Positions 49,700 through 59,320 of a DNA stretch of 64,000 nucleotides are shown in pieces (the stretch's first letter is position 1; each line of letters starts with the position of its first letter). Source of the DNA: Terriglobia bacterium (GTDB lineage Bacteria > Acidobacteriota > Terriglobia > 20CM-2-55-15). Location of the stretch: assembly GCA_965218585.1 (NCBI GenBank), contig CBDCLE010000004.1, positions 143,006 through 207,005 on the forward strand, in the 5' to 3' direction. Made by a program: the position numbers and the translations under genes. Below the pieces are notes generated by a model that saw only the letters and a program-made list of their open reading frames with translations, made no database searches and was not told the origin of the DNA.

Positions 49700-50659
49700 T
49701 CAAGGTTCAATGACACATCGGTTCGCCCCACTTCCCTCGGCGCCGCCTCCATCGCGGTACACGGCATGGCAGTTTGCGCAGGCATCGTTCAGTGAGTCGC
49801 TGAGGTCCACTAACGCATCATGATCTCTCGCCTTTGATGCTTGGTAAACCTTCTCCCCGACTTCCACGAGGTCCGCGACGTACTGCTTCCAGTCGGCGCG
49901 ATCCACCGGGACCGGTCGGCCGTTTTGGCACCGGCGTCCCGGCGTCAAAAGTAGAGGTGCAGTTTCGGTGAGAGCAACGGCAGCCTGATCGACCTTCAGC
50001 CATCCGGCATAAACAGTGGATCCCCACTCGACGTAATCAAAAGGGACGGGCATCGGCTTTGTCGGCTCGTCAGAGGGATTCTTGACCTGAAGGTTAAATA
50101 TGACATTCGAATTGGGAAAGGCGATGGCTCTCATCAACTCGGCAAGGTTGCCTTGCGGCGGGGGGAGAAACGTTTCGGACAAAGCGGCGGCGGGTTCTCG
50201 GGAAGTGCCCAACGTCGGGAGCGTGATCTCGGACAGCTCGCCTTCGCTCAGATCAGCTTGTCCGGCGGGAAACTCGCCGGTCTGAAGAATGTAGGCTGTG
50301 AGGTCAGTTGATTGTTGCCGAGAAAGGCTCCCGGGCGCGTTGAACGGCATCGTGTTCTCAATTTTGTCGACGAGATCCGACAGCGGGCGCCCGCTCCAGT
50401 TCGAGAGGAAACCGTCCCCAGTCAGCGGGGATCCCGCGCTGGCGCCTTCGAGCGCATCGCCATGACATACCGCACATTGCGCTTGGTAAATCGGTGCGGC
50501 CCGCTCTGCCTGGGGGGCGGAATAGACACCGTCTGTTATCGATCGCAGCTGCCGAGCGTTCCCGATAAGCGAGAACGCCGGGAAGATCATGCAGGCGCAC
50601 AGTCCCGCGCCCATTGCGCAGCGAATCACTTGCCGGGGCACTCGAATTATGCCGATCAT
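49700..50659 (-). CDS. c-type cytochrome (two CxxCH)
   Basis: CAVCHG, TMP, CANCH. Confidence 0.88.
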   Translation of the reverse strand: MIGIIRVPRQVIRCAMGAGLCACMIFPAFSLIGNARQLRSITDGVYSAPQAERAAPIYQAQCAVCHGDALEGASAGSPLTGDGFLSNWSGRPLSDLVDKIENTMPFNAPGSLSRQQSTDLTAYILQTGEFPAGQADLSEGELSEITLPTLGTSREPAAALSETFLPPPQGNLAELMRAIAFPNSNVIFNLQVKNPSDEPTKPMPVPFDYVEWGSTVYAGWLKVDQAAVALTETAPLLLTPGRRCQNGRPVPVDRADWKQYVADLVEVGEKVYQASKARDHDALVDLSDSLNDACANCHAVYRDGGGAEGSGANRCVIEP

Positions 50660-50796
50660 CTATCCCTCCTCCAGGTTGACGAAAAACCTCTCGCTTATGC
50701 CGCCCCCGAACCAAGGGCGGACAGGGCCGTGCGATGGCCGGCGTCTTGCCGGATTCCATCGTTATAGTCTGTCGCAGACTGACACGTGACGTTGAG

Positions 50797-50871
50797 CCGC
50801 CAAGATGATTTCTCAGGACTTGACCTCGGAAATCAGGGCACCTGAACTCTTTCACGCAGTTCTTCAAACCA
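50797..50871 (+). repeat. Array repeat 5 (left arm clipped)
   Basis: CCGCCAAGATGATTTCTCAGGACTTGACCTCG; minus strand WFEELRERVQVP*. Confidence 0.85.
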
Positions 50872-50872
50872 C

Positions 50873-51757
50873 TCAGTCGAGGCCGAGGAACCGGGCGGGA
50901 TTGCGCTTGGTCATCATGTCGATCTCGGCCTGGCTGAAGCCCGCTTCCGCGAGGTTGGCCACGGCTATTTTGAAGCCGTCGGGGTGGATCATTCTACCGC
51001 GCTGGCCGAGATCGGAGGTCACGACCACGTTTTCCGGACCGACCTCCCGGACGTCAGCAAGGTCCTGTTCGGTGAGGCCCGTGGCACCGAGCGTGTGCTC
51101 GATCAGCGCCCCCATACCGGCCGCCTCCTTCTGCATCTCCATCGACATGTTGATCCGCTCGTCCGTCGGGTGCTGCACGTATATCTTGTCGACGCCGGCC
51201 GCCCTTGCCGCCCGGATCAGCATCATAGATTCCTCCGGAGCGGAGTGTCCGGTGGACAAGCCGAGATCATACTCCGCCATGACTTCGAGGACTTCATACA
51301 CTTCCGGCAGCAGTTCCCCGTTGCGTGAGATCGGGACGGCGTCGGGTGAACCCGGATTGTAGTACTCCGACTCGAACGTCGGCATGTATACCACCTTGCC
51401 CCGCCTGCCAAGCACCGATGCCATGTTCTCCACCGCCACCGGATTGATGCCGCCCGACGGCCGGTTCAGGGCGATGCCGCCGAAGAGCTCGATACCCGGC
51501 ACCACCTGAGACACCAGGTAGGCCCAGGAAGCGGTTTCCAGATAGTGGTGCTTGAATACCAACCCTCTCATGCCGTTACGCTGGGCGATCCGGGCGGCTT
51601 CGATGGCGTTGAGCGAGCGCCTGAAAGGCGAGAGCAGCGTCTCCGGCCCCACATGCGCGTGGAGGTCGATTATGCCCTCGACTCCCGATACCTCATCGAC
51701 CTGCGCGGTTCCGACGCCCGATAAGCCGACCAGCGACCCCAGAAGAACCGACAGCAC
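50873..51757 (-). CDS. DUF6282-family (amidohydrolase-fold) protein
   Basis: IDLHAH, KHH, GGINP, STGH, SDLGQ, NPARFLG. Confidence 0.85.
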   Translation of the reverse strand: MLSVLLGSLVGLSGVGTAQVDEVSGVEGIIDLHAHVGPETLLSPFRRSLNAIEAARIAQRNGMRGLVFKHHYLETASWAYLVSQVVPGIELFGGIALNRPSGGINPVAVENMASVLGRRGKVVYMPTFESEYYNPGSPDAVPISRNGELLPEVYEVLEVMAEYDLGLSTGHSAPEESMMLIRAARAAGVDKIYVQHPTDERINMSMEMQKEAAGMGALIEHTLGATGLTEQDLADVREVGPENVVVTSDLGQRGRMIHPDGFKIAVANLAEAGFSQAEIDMMTKRNPARFLGLD

Positions 51758-51877
51758 CTATATCCGCAATTTCATAGTTCGCTCCTTGTGTTGCTTGAGA
51801 CGACTAAATACTACGAGGGAGGGGAGTTCAGGTCAATGAAGCGGTCACTGCGTGTAAAACCCCTAACCGGACAGTCG

Positions 51878-51990
51878 ATTCTCAACGTCCACGAAGATGG
51901 GTGATCTCAACCGGTCAATGCAATACTTTAGGTAGTTTAGGGAACAGGCACCCGCCCTTTCAATTCTTCAAACGAGTTCAGGACGAACGT
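51878..51990 (+). repeat. Array repeat 6 (degenerate right arm)
   Basis: ATTCTCAACGTCCACGAAGATG; minus strand VLNSFEELKGRVPVP*. Confidence 0.8.
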
Positions 51991-52107
51991 CTTGCCATCC
52001 CCTCCACTGCAAACGCCACTGATTTGACTTATCGGCCGCACGGCTTCAAATTGTCAAGACCTGGCTGCACCCGGTGCAAAAGGATTTTCGCCGGGAACGC
52101 GCCCTCG

Positions 52108-52674
52108 TTACCTCTGTCGCACCCATGAGAGCGAGTACGTTCCCCGGAGTCGAGCGAAAGTGAACACCAGTGCCGGAATCCGGAACCAACCCCTCCAGAC
52201 GAAAGTGGTCTGCACCCCGCGAAGCTTGATCTTAGTTACCAGTTGATCGCCCTGCCTGATGAATTCGTGTGATTCCACGAGCGTTCTCTCGGACTCTGCG
52301 AAGGCCGGAACTGCGGTCCACTCGTCGGATTCCGGCGGATCGAGTCCGAGGGGCGGGTATTGGAAGCTCCTGTCAATCGTTGACGGAAACAGACCGCCGT
52401 CGTGGTTCACGTCTTTCGTTTCGCCGCGGGGATTCGGACGGAAGCCGATGGCGTTGTCGGGTGGTTTGGGGGGCGGATCGCGAAACAGCGGGACGTCCTG
52501 TGTACCATCCGGAAAAGGAACGGCTTGCGAAAAGGCCCCAGTTGGCACGGGCATGCGGTCCGTCCGCACCGCTGCTATGACGGCCCTCGGCACCATCGGT
52601 TTGGGCCACGCGGCAACGCTACCGCTGGATGGTAGTTGCCGTTCGTCGAGAAACGAAAGTGAAAATCTCGGCAA
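52108..52674 (-). CDS. Hypothetical protein, possibly a fragment
   Basis: 188-aa ORF only. Confidence 0.35.
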   Translation of the reverse strand: MPRFSLSFLDERQLPSSGSVAAWPKPMVPRAVIAAVRTDRMPVPTGAFSQAVPFPDGTQDVPLFRDPPPKPPDNAIGFRPNPRGETKDVNHDGGLFPSTIDRSFQYPPLGLDPPESDEWTAVPAFAESERTLVESHEFIRQGDQLVTKIKLRGVQTTFVWRGWFRIPALVFTFARLRGTYSLSWVRQR

Positions 52675-52732
52675 ATCTAGCTACATGTAGGATTTATTAG
52701 CCAAGAAAACTGTCAGCGCTGTAATGCGGCCA

Positions 52733-52822
52733 ATTCTCAACGTCCGACAAGATGATTTGTCAGGACTTGACCTCGAAAAACTATGGCACAGGCACCCGTT
52801 CCTTCAGTTCCTCGAAGCAATT
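52733..52822 (+). repeat. Array repeat 7
   Basis: ATTCTCAACGTCCGACAAGATGATTTGTCAGGACTTGACCTCG; minus strand NCFEELKERVPVP*. Confidence 0.92.
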
Positions 52823-52928
52823 TGTTCATTTGGGAGGCGAAGCGCCAGCCGCACTGCACCGATATCGGGGAACCGCTCTCCGAGGGGCTTCCGCAGGCAC
52901 AGGCGCAGCGTCTGACGGCGGAGTTGCC

Positions 52929-55421
52929 TCAGAACTGAAATCGAAGCCCGATCTCGATCTCTCGCGGATTCTGAGCGCTTGTCGGCAGGCCGAAATTGGG
53001 GGAGGTCATCACGCCCGAAGGCAAGTTGAAATTCACGTTGTTGAAGGCGTTGGTAACATTTGCGAACACATTGAGATTGGTTCGGGTTCGGCCAGGTGCT
53101 CCGGCCGCGTCGAAGAAGAATGCTTTGGAGATGTTGAAATCGAAACGGAGAAACTTCGGCCCGTCACCCGCGTTTGGTGGCACGCCTCGAGGCCGATCGG
53201 TTAGATGGCCGTCCTGGTTCTCGTCCGTTCCCGTCGTGATGTTGTAGCGTTGGCCGCTGTTGGCCGATGTCGTCGCTGTCAGGAATATACCCAGCGGGAG
53301 CTGCGCGTTTGCCGTGCTGCTGAGTGTGTGCGCTGGGAAAAAACTACCGAGACCCCACTCCGCCCGGAGATCGTAGTTATCCGCGGGAAGAGGGTCCCTC
53401 GCATTCGGACCACCGTTGCTGTGGACTCTCTGAAACTGGTAGTTCGCCGACACGTTGAAGATGCTGAACCTCTGCCGATACGACAGTCGAAACGAGTGGT
53501 GGACCGCGGCCCGCGTACCCTCCAGATTGAGGATTTCTTGTTTCGTTGGATCCGGGCGAACACAGGTCTCCAGGCTCTGATCCTTCGTGCAGGAACGCCG
53601 CACCGACGCGGTGATGTCGTACGGCGCATTCACGTCTCTGAACCGCATTCGATGCACATCGTGCTGATACTCATATGCGGCGCTCAGGAACAGGTTGGTC
53701 AAGAATGTCCGTTCAATTGAAAGCATTCCGACCGTGAGATAGGGTGCCGACAGCGTTGGATCCGTTATCCGAACCGACGGCAGCAGATTCTGGACGGTTC
53801 CGGACTGAAAAGGATCCGGATAGGAGGGATCGTCGATGACGATCTCGAACTGACGCGTTCCGTCCAGCCGCCGCTGCCCCTCAACCAGATCGATATCGAA
53901 GCTGTTGTAGAAAATCCCGAAGCCGCTTCGCATGACCGTGGCCCGGCCGAGGGCATAGGCCAACCCCAACCGGGGGCCGAAGTTGTCCGCATCGTTCAGG
54001 TTCGTTTGCCAGTCATAGCGAAACCCGTAATAGAGGGTCAGCTCCGGGGTCAGCTTCCAATCGTTCTGCATGAAGAACGCCAGCTCCAGCTGGTTGGTAT
54101 CTAGCAGCGGCTCGCCCCGGACTACCCGATACTGGAACGGCCGCCCCTGGTTGAAATCGTCCAGGCTCGAAAACGTGAAGGTTCCGTTGAAGTTTGCCGT
54201 CGACTGGGCCCGATTCTTCCGGTATCTTCCGTCGACTCCCGTCCGGATCGTCAGGTTTTCCGACAGGTGCGTATACAGGTTGCCTAACTCGTAGATGCGG
54301 CCATACCTCTCAGAGCGGTTCTGCGCGCCGCCGCTGCTGAATGCGTCGAGGACATCGATTCGGAAGCCCTCCGTGTCCGGGATAGTCTCCTCGTAATTGC
54401 TGCTGTACGCGAAACGCATCTCATAGATGCGCTCGGCCGACAGCCGCGAGAACTGCCTCAGGTCGACGTACCAACCGTGGCCCTCGGTGGTCCATGCGCG
54501 TTCAGGCAACGTAAACCCACCGATGCCTTGGTTCTCGAAGGAGTGAGGGAAGTAGCCAGTCTCGAACGTCAGGGAATGGTTCTCGGCGAGCTGGTACGTT
54601 CCGCCGGTGCCGAACGACCGGTTGGTCGTCGGTCGCACGATCTCACGTGAAAACGCCGATCCGTCCGCCAGCGTGGCATTGATGGTTTCAACATTCTCGG
54701 CTTCGTTCTGGCTGCCTCGGAAGCTCATCGTCAGGTGACCCGGAACGACGGGCCCACTGACATTGAAACTCGTGTCCCGCTCCTGATACGGGGGTTTCAC
54801 GGTCGGCACTCTCCGGCCCCGGTTGTAAGAGCGCCGGCTGGCGTTCAACGATTCGTCAATGATCAGGAACTGCACGTTGCCGTGAAACGCACCGGCGCCG
54901 CCCCGCTCGATCACTTCCGCTCGGCGCGGGCCACTGCCGATCCGGTAGAATCCCTCCTCGGCGGTGAACACGTTCGGGTAGAGCCGAACATATTGAGTCT
55001 GCTCGGGCGGACCGCTCGGCTGTAGTTCGTCAGCCGGGAGCGCCTCGGTCGTTTCCAGATACTGGCTCCAGGCCCGGCGTTGTGCATCAGTGAGGTAATC
55101 CTCCAGGCGCGCGAGAAACTCATTCTCCATCCACTCGATTGCAGAACGCAGCCGGTCCGATTGCTGTCCCTGGGTGGGGCCCGCGCTGAAATCCATCAGG
55201 TCGCCGAACAGCTCTTCAGACGCCTGACGTCGGTCTTCCATCATCAATATGATGGCGCTGTCCTGCGAGTCGGTGAACGGGACCGCCGCTTCGTCTAGGA
55301 CGCCCTCGACCTCCAGCTTCAGCACTGGAAGGGGATTCTCCGCCGACGGTCTCCCATCCTGGGCCATAGCAAGAATGGACAGGGCTCGGAAGAGAAGGAT
55401 GAGGGCGAGTGAAGTTCTCAC
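52929..55421 (-). CDS. TonB-dependent receptor-like outer-membrane beta-barrel protein
   Basis: FMQNDWK..YGFRYD, FGPRLGLAY, C-terminal PREIEIGLRFQF. Confidence 0.87.
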   Translation of the reverse strand: MRTSLALILLFRALSILAMAQDGRPSAENPLPVLKLEVEGVLDEAAVPFTDSQDSAIILMMEDRRQASEELFGDLMDFSAGPTQGQQSDRLRSAIEWMENEFLARLEDYLTDAQRRAWSQYLETTEALPADELQPSGPPEQTQYVRLYPNVFTAEEGFYRIGSGPRRAEVIERGGAGAFHGNVQFLIIDESLNASRRSYNRGRRVPTVKPPYQERDTSFNVSGPVVPGHLTMSFRGSQNEAENVETINATLADGSAFSREIVRPTTNRSFGTGGTYQLAENHSLTFETGYFPHSFENQGIGGFTLPERAWTTEGHGWYVDLRQFSRLSAERIYEMRFAYSSNYEETIPDTEGFRIDVLDAFSSGGAQNRSERYGRIYELGNLYTHLSENLTIRTGVDGRYRKNRAQSTANFNGTFTFSSLDDFNQGRPFQYRVVRGEPLLDTNQLELAFFMQNDWKLTPELTLYYGFRYDWQTNLNDADNFGPRLGLAYALGRATVMRSGFGIFYNSFDIDLVEGQRRLDGTRQFEIVIDDPSYPDPFQSGTVQNLLPSVRITDPTLSAPYLTVGMLSIERTFLTNLFLSAAYEYQHDVHRMRFRDVNAPYDITASVRRSCTKDQSLETCVRPDPTKQEILNLEGTRAAVHHSFRLSYRQRFSIFNVSANYQFQRVHSNGGPNARDPLPADNYDLRAEWGLGSFFPAHTLSSTANAQLPLGIFLTATTSANSGQRYNITTGTDENQDGHLTDRPRGVPPNAGDGPKFLRFDFNISKAFFFDAAGAPGRTRTNLNVFANVTNAFNNVNFNLPSGVMTSPNFGLPTSAQNPREIEIGLRFQF

Positions 55422-55587
55422 AAAAGGGGCTCCACGGGCAATCGGAAACTATTTTAACCGAACCTCCGCACACGTGGATGGGAACCGTAGCAGGCAGTCG
55501 GTCAAGATCCAGCGGCGAATGACAACGCTATGAGGATGTAATTTGTCCGAACCGTTCTTACCTCACAAATAGAATGGCTTTGCTCCG

Positions 55588-55629
55588 ATTCTCAACGTCC
55601 GAGAAGGTGATTTGTCGTTACCTTGAGAG
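55588..55629 (+). repeat. Array repeat 8
   Basis: ATTCTCAACGTCCGAGAAGGTGATTTGTCGTTACCTTGAGA. Confidence 0.82.
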
Positions 55630-55764
55630 CCTCTTGCTAAGGATTCTGCGTTTACAGAGTGACGTCCCCCAATGAATCGGGGCCGTCCGACAGAACCCAC
55701 TCTGGACCAGTGGGTCATTTCGCAACGTGGAGGTCGATTTCGATGAGAGATCGACGGTGGTGGA

Positions 55765-56849
55765 CTAGAAGTCGCCAGCGCATTCAGTGGCGAGCCTGTG
55801 CCGTCTTCCACTGCGAGCGGAGCCGCGACCAGCATGAACTCCCAACGGTTCAGCTGCGCCGCGGTCTGGGCGAGCGCTTCCAGGTCCTGATTATCGAACA
55901 AGTCTATTCCCATCGCCACTATCGTCAACATGTGCACCGGGAGTCGCACATCATCGACCTGAGACGGCACGACGTCCAGCGCGCTGTCGCTGCCCATGAA
56001 CGAGACGTCACGTGCCCTCACCCAAGGCATCGCCGACGCGTGGAGTCCCGCGCTCTCGGCGGCAACATCCCAGGGGCCGAGTTCCGCGCGGCGGGCCCAG
56101 CGGCCAGTACGAACGAAGATTGCGTCGCCGGGTCGCACAGTCACGCCCGCCATCTCTTCCCACGCATCGAGGTCCTCCATGTAGATCGGTGTTCTGGGTT
56201 CTAGGTACGGAACGCCTTTGAGGCGAGGAATATCGAATAGCACCCCGCGGGTCACAATACCCTCTTGCAAGTTGAGAATGGAGGCGTTCGAACAGCCTGC
56301 TTCTGTGATCGTGTCCTCGGTCGCACCGTTGTACATCTGGCCCTTGTACATGATGTGACACAAGGCGTCGATGTGGCTATGTGCGTAGCCATGGTAGGCG
56401 ATGCTGTACTGGTCGAGGGCGCCGCTCATGAGCGCGGGCTCACCGGACAGATCAGGGAAGCTCAACATCGCGTGTCCGAACGGCTGTGGAACGTCGTCGG
56501 CTTCGTCCGTCAGGAGTCGGTGGGCAAGTGATACGGTGATCCCATCGGTGGCCAGCGCGATTGCCTCTAACCGCTTAGCGGGCGTGATCAGATTTGCCGC
56601 TCCCAATTGGTCATCAGAACCCCAACGGCCCCAGTTCGACAAGTCGTCCATGAGGCGTTCGATGTCCGACTGCGCGAGGTCGTGCGACTCGGGCGTAACT
56701 GCTGGGGGAACATAGTCCGAAACAGACGACGCGGTGTCCTGCGGTAGATTGGCGGTCTGCTCGATATCCGTTGCGCATCCGACGAGCGCGATAATGAGAA
56801 CTACCTGCAGTGAGCCTCTCGGCAGCAGTCCCAGTTTATGTTTGGTCAT
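55765..56849 (-). CDS. Cyclase-family metal hydrolase (lipoprotein); ORF-track extension to 55563 is probably a terminal frameshift
   Basis: NWGRWG.DDQLG, HSHIDALCH, RTG, GTGSPLN. Confidence 0.88.
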
Positions 56850-56920
56850 ATATCCCTCCAAAAAAGGCATCGTACGGGCCGAATTTTGTGCCTGCTGTAA
56901 GAGCCATTGGCTCGGGACCT

Positions 56921-57087
56921 TGTCTCTGATGTTACTAGAGGTGGAAAAGCTGGAGAAAGTCTATAGAACGAGCGGGTTGGAAGCAATGGTTGGAAGCAAC
57001 CGAATTCTCAATGTCCGCCAAGATGATTTAACAGGCGTTGAGAATCATTTTCATCGTTTAAGGCACGGACACGCGTTCTTTCAGTCG
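56921..57087 (+). repeat. Array repeat 9, long form
   Basis: Extension shared with 48016; palindrome 57004-57045; minus strand RLKERVSVP* in frame after the hydrolase stop. Confidence 0.9.
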
Positions 57088-57924
57088 TCACTCGAGTCCT
57101 TGACTCGCCATCGCTCGCTTAAATGCTTCAACACCCTCATTGACGGCGCGCGTCGAGATGTCTGATGGAGTCAAGAGATCAAAACCGTGAACCGTGCCCG
57201 GATAGTTGTGTAGTTCGACCTGAACACCGGCTGCCATCAGCCGCATTGCGTATATTATTCCTTCGTCACGCAGGGGATCGTGTTCGCACGTCATCACATA
57301 AGCCGGGGGCAACCCAGACAAATCATCCGCACGTGCCAGAGCCGCATAAGAGGACACGTTGCTTCGGTCTCTACCGATGTACTGGTCCCACATGTCTAGC
57401 GTGTTCTGAGAATCCCAGATATACAAACCCGCGCCGTCTTTCATCGATAGTGTCTCACAACGATCATCAACAGCAGGATAGATCAGCATCTGGAACGCCA
57501 CATCGGGACTGCCGCGATCGTGCGCCATCAACGCAACTGCTGCCGCGAGATTGCCACCCGCACTGCCGCCGCCAATCGCGATCTTTGCCGGATCGATCAT
57601 GAGTTCTTTTGCGTTCGCAGCTACCCACTGCAAGGCCGCGTAGCAGTCTTCAACGCCGGCCGGAAAAGGGTTTTCAGGAGCCAGCCGGTAGTCCACACCT
57701 ATAGAGACTGCCCCGCCCTCTGCTGCCATGATCAGACAGCGGGGATGTTCTATCTCCAGATCGCCTAGGACGAATCCTCCACCATGAAAATTGACAAAGG
57801 CCGGTCCTGCTTGGGCGCGGTCTTTGGGCATGTAGATACGAATCGGCACTTCGGGTCCACCGTCTGTCCTCTCTATTGTCCGCTCAATTTCATCGACTCG
57901 GTCATCGGGCGGTATTTCCTTCAC
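57088..57924 (-). CDS. HSL-family alpha/beta hydrolase
   Basis: HGGGF, YRLAPE, GGSAGG, DPLRDE, HGF. Confidence 0.92.
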   Translation of the reverse strand: MKEIPPDDRVDEIERTIERTDGGPEVPIRIYMPKDRAQAGPAFVNFHGGGFVLGDLEIEHPRCLIMAAEGGAVSIGVDYRLAPENPFPAGVEDCYAALQWVAANAKELMIDPAKIAIGGGSAGGNLAAAVALMAHDRGSPDVAFQMLIYPAVDDRCETLSMKDGAGLYIWDSQNTLDMWDQYIGRDRSNVSSYAALARADDLSGLPPAYVMTCEHDPLRDEGIIYAMRLMAAGVQVELHNYPGTVHGFDLLTPSDISTRAVNEGVEAFKRAMASQGLE

Positions 57925-57987
57925 TCCCCAACTCCCTCCTTCTCCGAGGAGTGGCGCTTTTGGGGGGCCCTTGCTCGTTATGTGGCT

Positions 57988-58170
57988 CTAGAACCGAGGA
58001 ACAACCGGCGGTGGTGGAGGCAATGCACCACTCGAACTGCTCGCGCTGGAACCGTCGCTACTGCTGCCTCCAGCGTCCCCTCCACGCAGCAGGCGGAGCT
58101 GCTGCTTCGTCAATCGTTTCCAGAACCAATCCTTGCCTTTACTGTTTTTCTTCGTCTGCATGTGTTTCAT
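57988..58170 (-). CDS. Small peptide with double-glycine-type leader
   Basis: GGGAG close to ATG; LTKQQLRLLRGG followed by a Ser/Gly/Pro-rich core. Confidence 0.5.
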   Translation of the reverse strand: MKHMQTKKNSKGKDWFWKRLTKQQLRLLRGGDAGGSSSDGSSASSSSGALPPPPPVVPRF

Positions 58171-58176
58171 CTCCCT

Positions 58177-58215
58177 TTCTCAACGTCCGACAAGATGATT
58201 TAACAGGACTTGACC
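58177..58215 (+). repeat. Array repeat 10
   Basis: TTCTCAACGTCCGACAAGATGATTTAACAGGACTTGACC. Confidence 0.9.
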
Positions 58216-58237
58216 ACCCTATGACCCAATCACCCAC

Positions 58238-59098
58238 TCATTCGCCGGAACCCCCCACGCATAAGGCCCGGACGCGGTAGGAGTCGCTGACGGCGGTCAA
58301 GTAACGAAGGGTACTGGTGAAGTTGAAGAGGTACGCACGCGAGTCTTCGCCCGTGGAAGTCCAGACCCAGATACCGCTCAGCCGGAACGGGTCCCGGATG
58401 TGGAGATCGAAGACACCATCGCTTGTCAATTCGTAACTTTCGTTTGCGTCGTATAGAGACTCCACCTCGTCGATCGTTCCCAACCGCCAGTCCGTGTAGC
58501 CGCCCAGCGTCAGGTCCGCGCAATACTGAGTCGCCTCGTTCCAATCGACATCGGCCCCGTTGTCCCGGATCGTCCACATCAGCTCGTCTACCACGACGGT
58601 GCCGGCTATGGCCTCGTCGGATGGAAATTGGCTCACTTCCTGCGAATCGGTGTCCTCTGCACCAGCGACCACCAACATTCTAGAGACATCGCTGTGACCT
58701 TCTCCTTCAGCTAGGCTTAACGCGGTCCTTCCATCGTTGGTCTTTGCATTCACGTCGGCCCCGGCAGCGATCAGGGTTTGTACAACCTGCGCGTGGCCTG
58801 CGATGGCTGCAAGCCTGAGCGCTGTCGTTCCATCGCTTCCCGTCGTCGCGTTCACGTCGGCCCCAGCAGCGATCAGGATTTGTACAGCCTCCGTATGGCC
58901 TGCGATGGCCGCAAACATTAACGCTGTCGATCCATCGCCATCCGTCGCGTTCACGTCGGCCCCAGCAGCGATCAGAATTCGGAGGTCGCTCGTATCGCCA
59001 GTCGCGGCGGCTGTCTTCAAACTATCCAACTGGGCGTGCGTGAGCACTGGAACGATGAACAAGAACGGGACCACAAGCCAAATTTTTCTCATATTCAT
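58238..59098 (-). CDS. Secreted ankyrin-repeat + DUF1566 (Lcl) protein
   Basis: Signal peptide; three LIAAGADVNA repeats; LMW..WNEA..YC..L.LGGYTDWRL..E..SL. Confidence 0.9.
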   Translation of the reverse strand: MNMRKIWLVVPFLFIVPVLTHAQLDSLKTAAATGDTSDLRILIAAGADVNATDGDGSTALMFAAIAGHTEAVQILIAAGADVNATTGSDGTTALRLAAIAGHAQVVQTLIAAGADVNAKTNDGRTALSLAEGEGHSDVSRMLVVAGAEDTDSQEVSQFPSDEAIAGTVVVDELMWTIRDNGADVDWNEATQYCADLTLGGYTDWRLGTIDEVESLYDANESYELTSDGVFDLHIRDPFRLSGIWVWTSTGEDSRAYLFNFTSTLRYLTAVSDSYRVRALCVGGSGE

Positions 59099-59320
59099 TT
59101 CCAGTTTCTAGCTGCAGCAGTCCCTGGCCATCTCATCTCACGGTCTGACAGTCACCCTTCTTCGTGGGAAAGACCGCCCTTATCAATGGTGGGCAGAATC
59201 TCACTGTGGCCAAGTTCGGTGGCCGAATCCAAAGGTTTGAAATCGTTTTTCGCTCTTAGAGTGCGCACACAGAAAATCTTACTAAATGTTGCTACATGTG
59301 AGAGTTAATGGCAAGAAAAG

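Noticed and set aside
52724-52915. Plus-strand repeated peptide ILNVRQDDL.G (also in ORFs 56734 and 57876)
   Set aside because: It is just the palindrome's translation; the coding signal is the minus-strand NWFEELK tip.
43612-58215. Simple intrinsic terminators
   Set aside because: No consistent poly-U tail, and primary sequence is conserved behind unrelated genes.
58745-58975. ~100-bp DNA tandem repeats
   Set aside because: Explained by ankyrin repeats.
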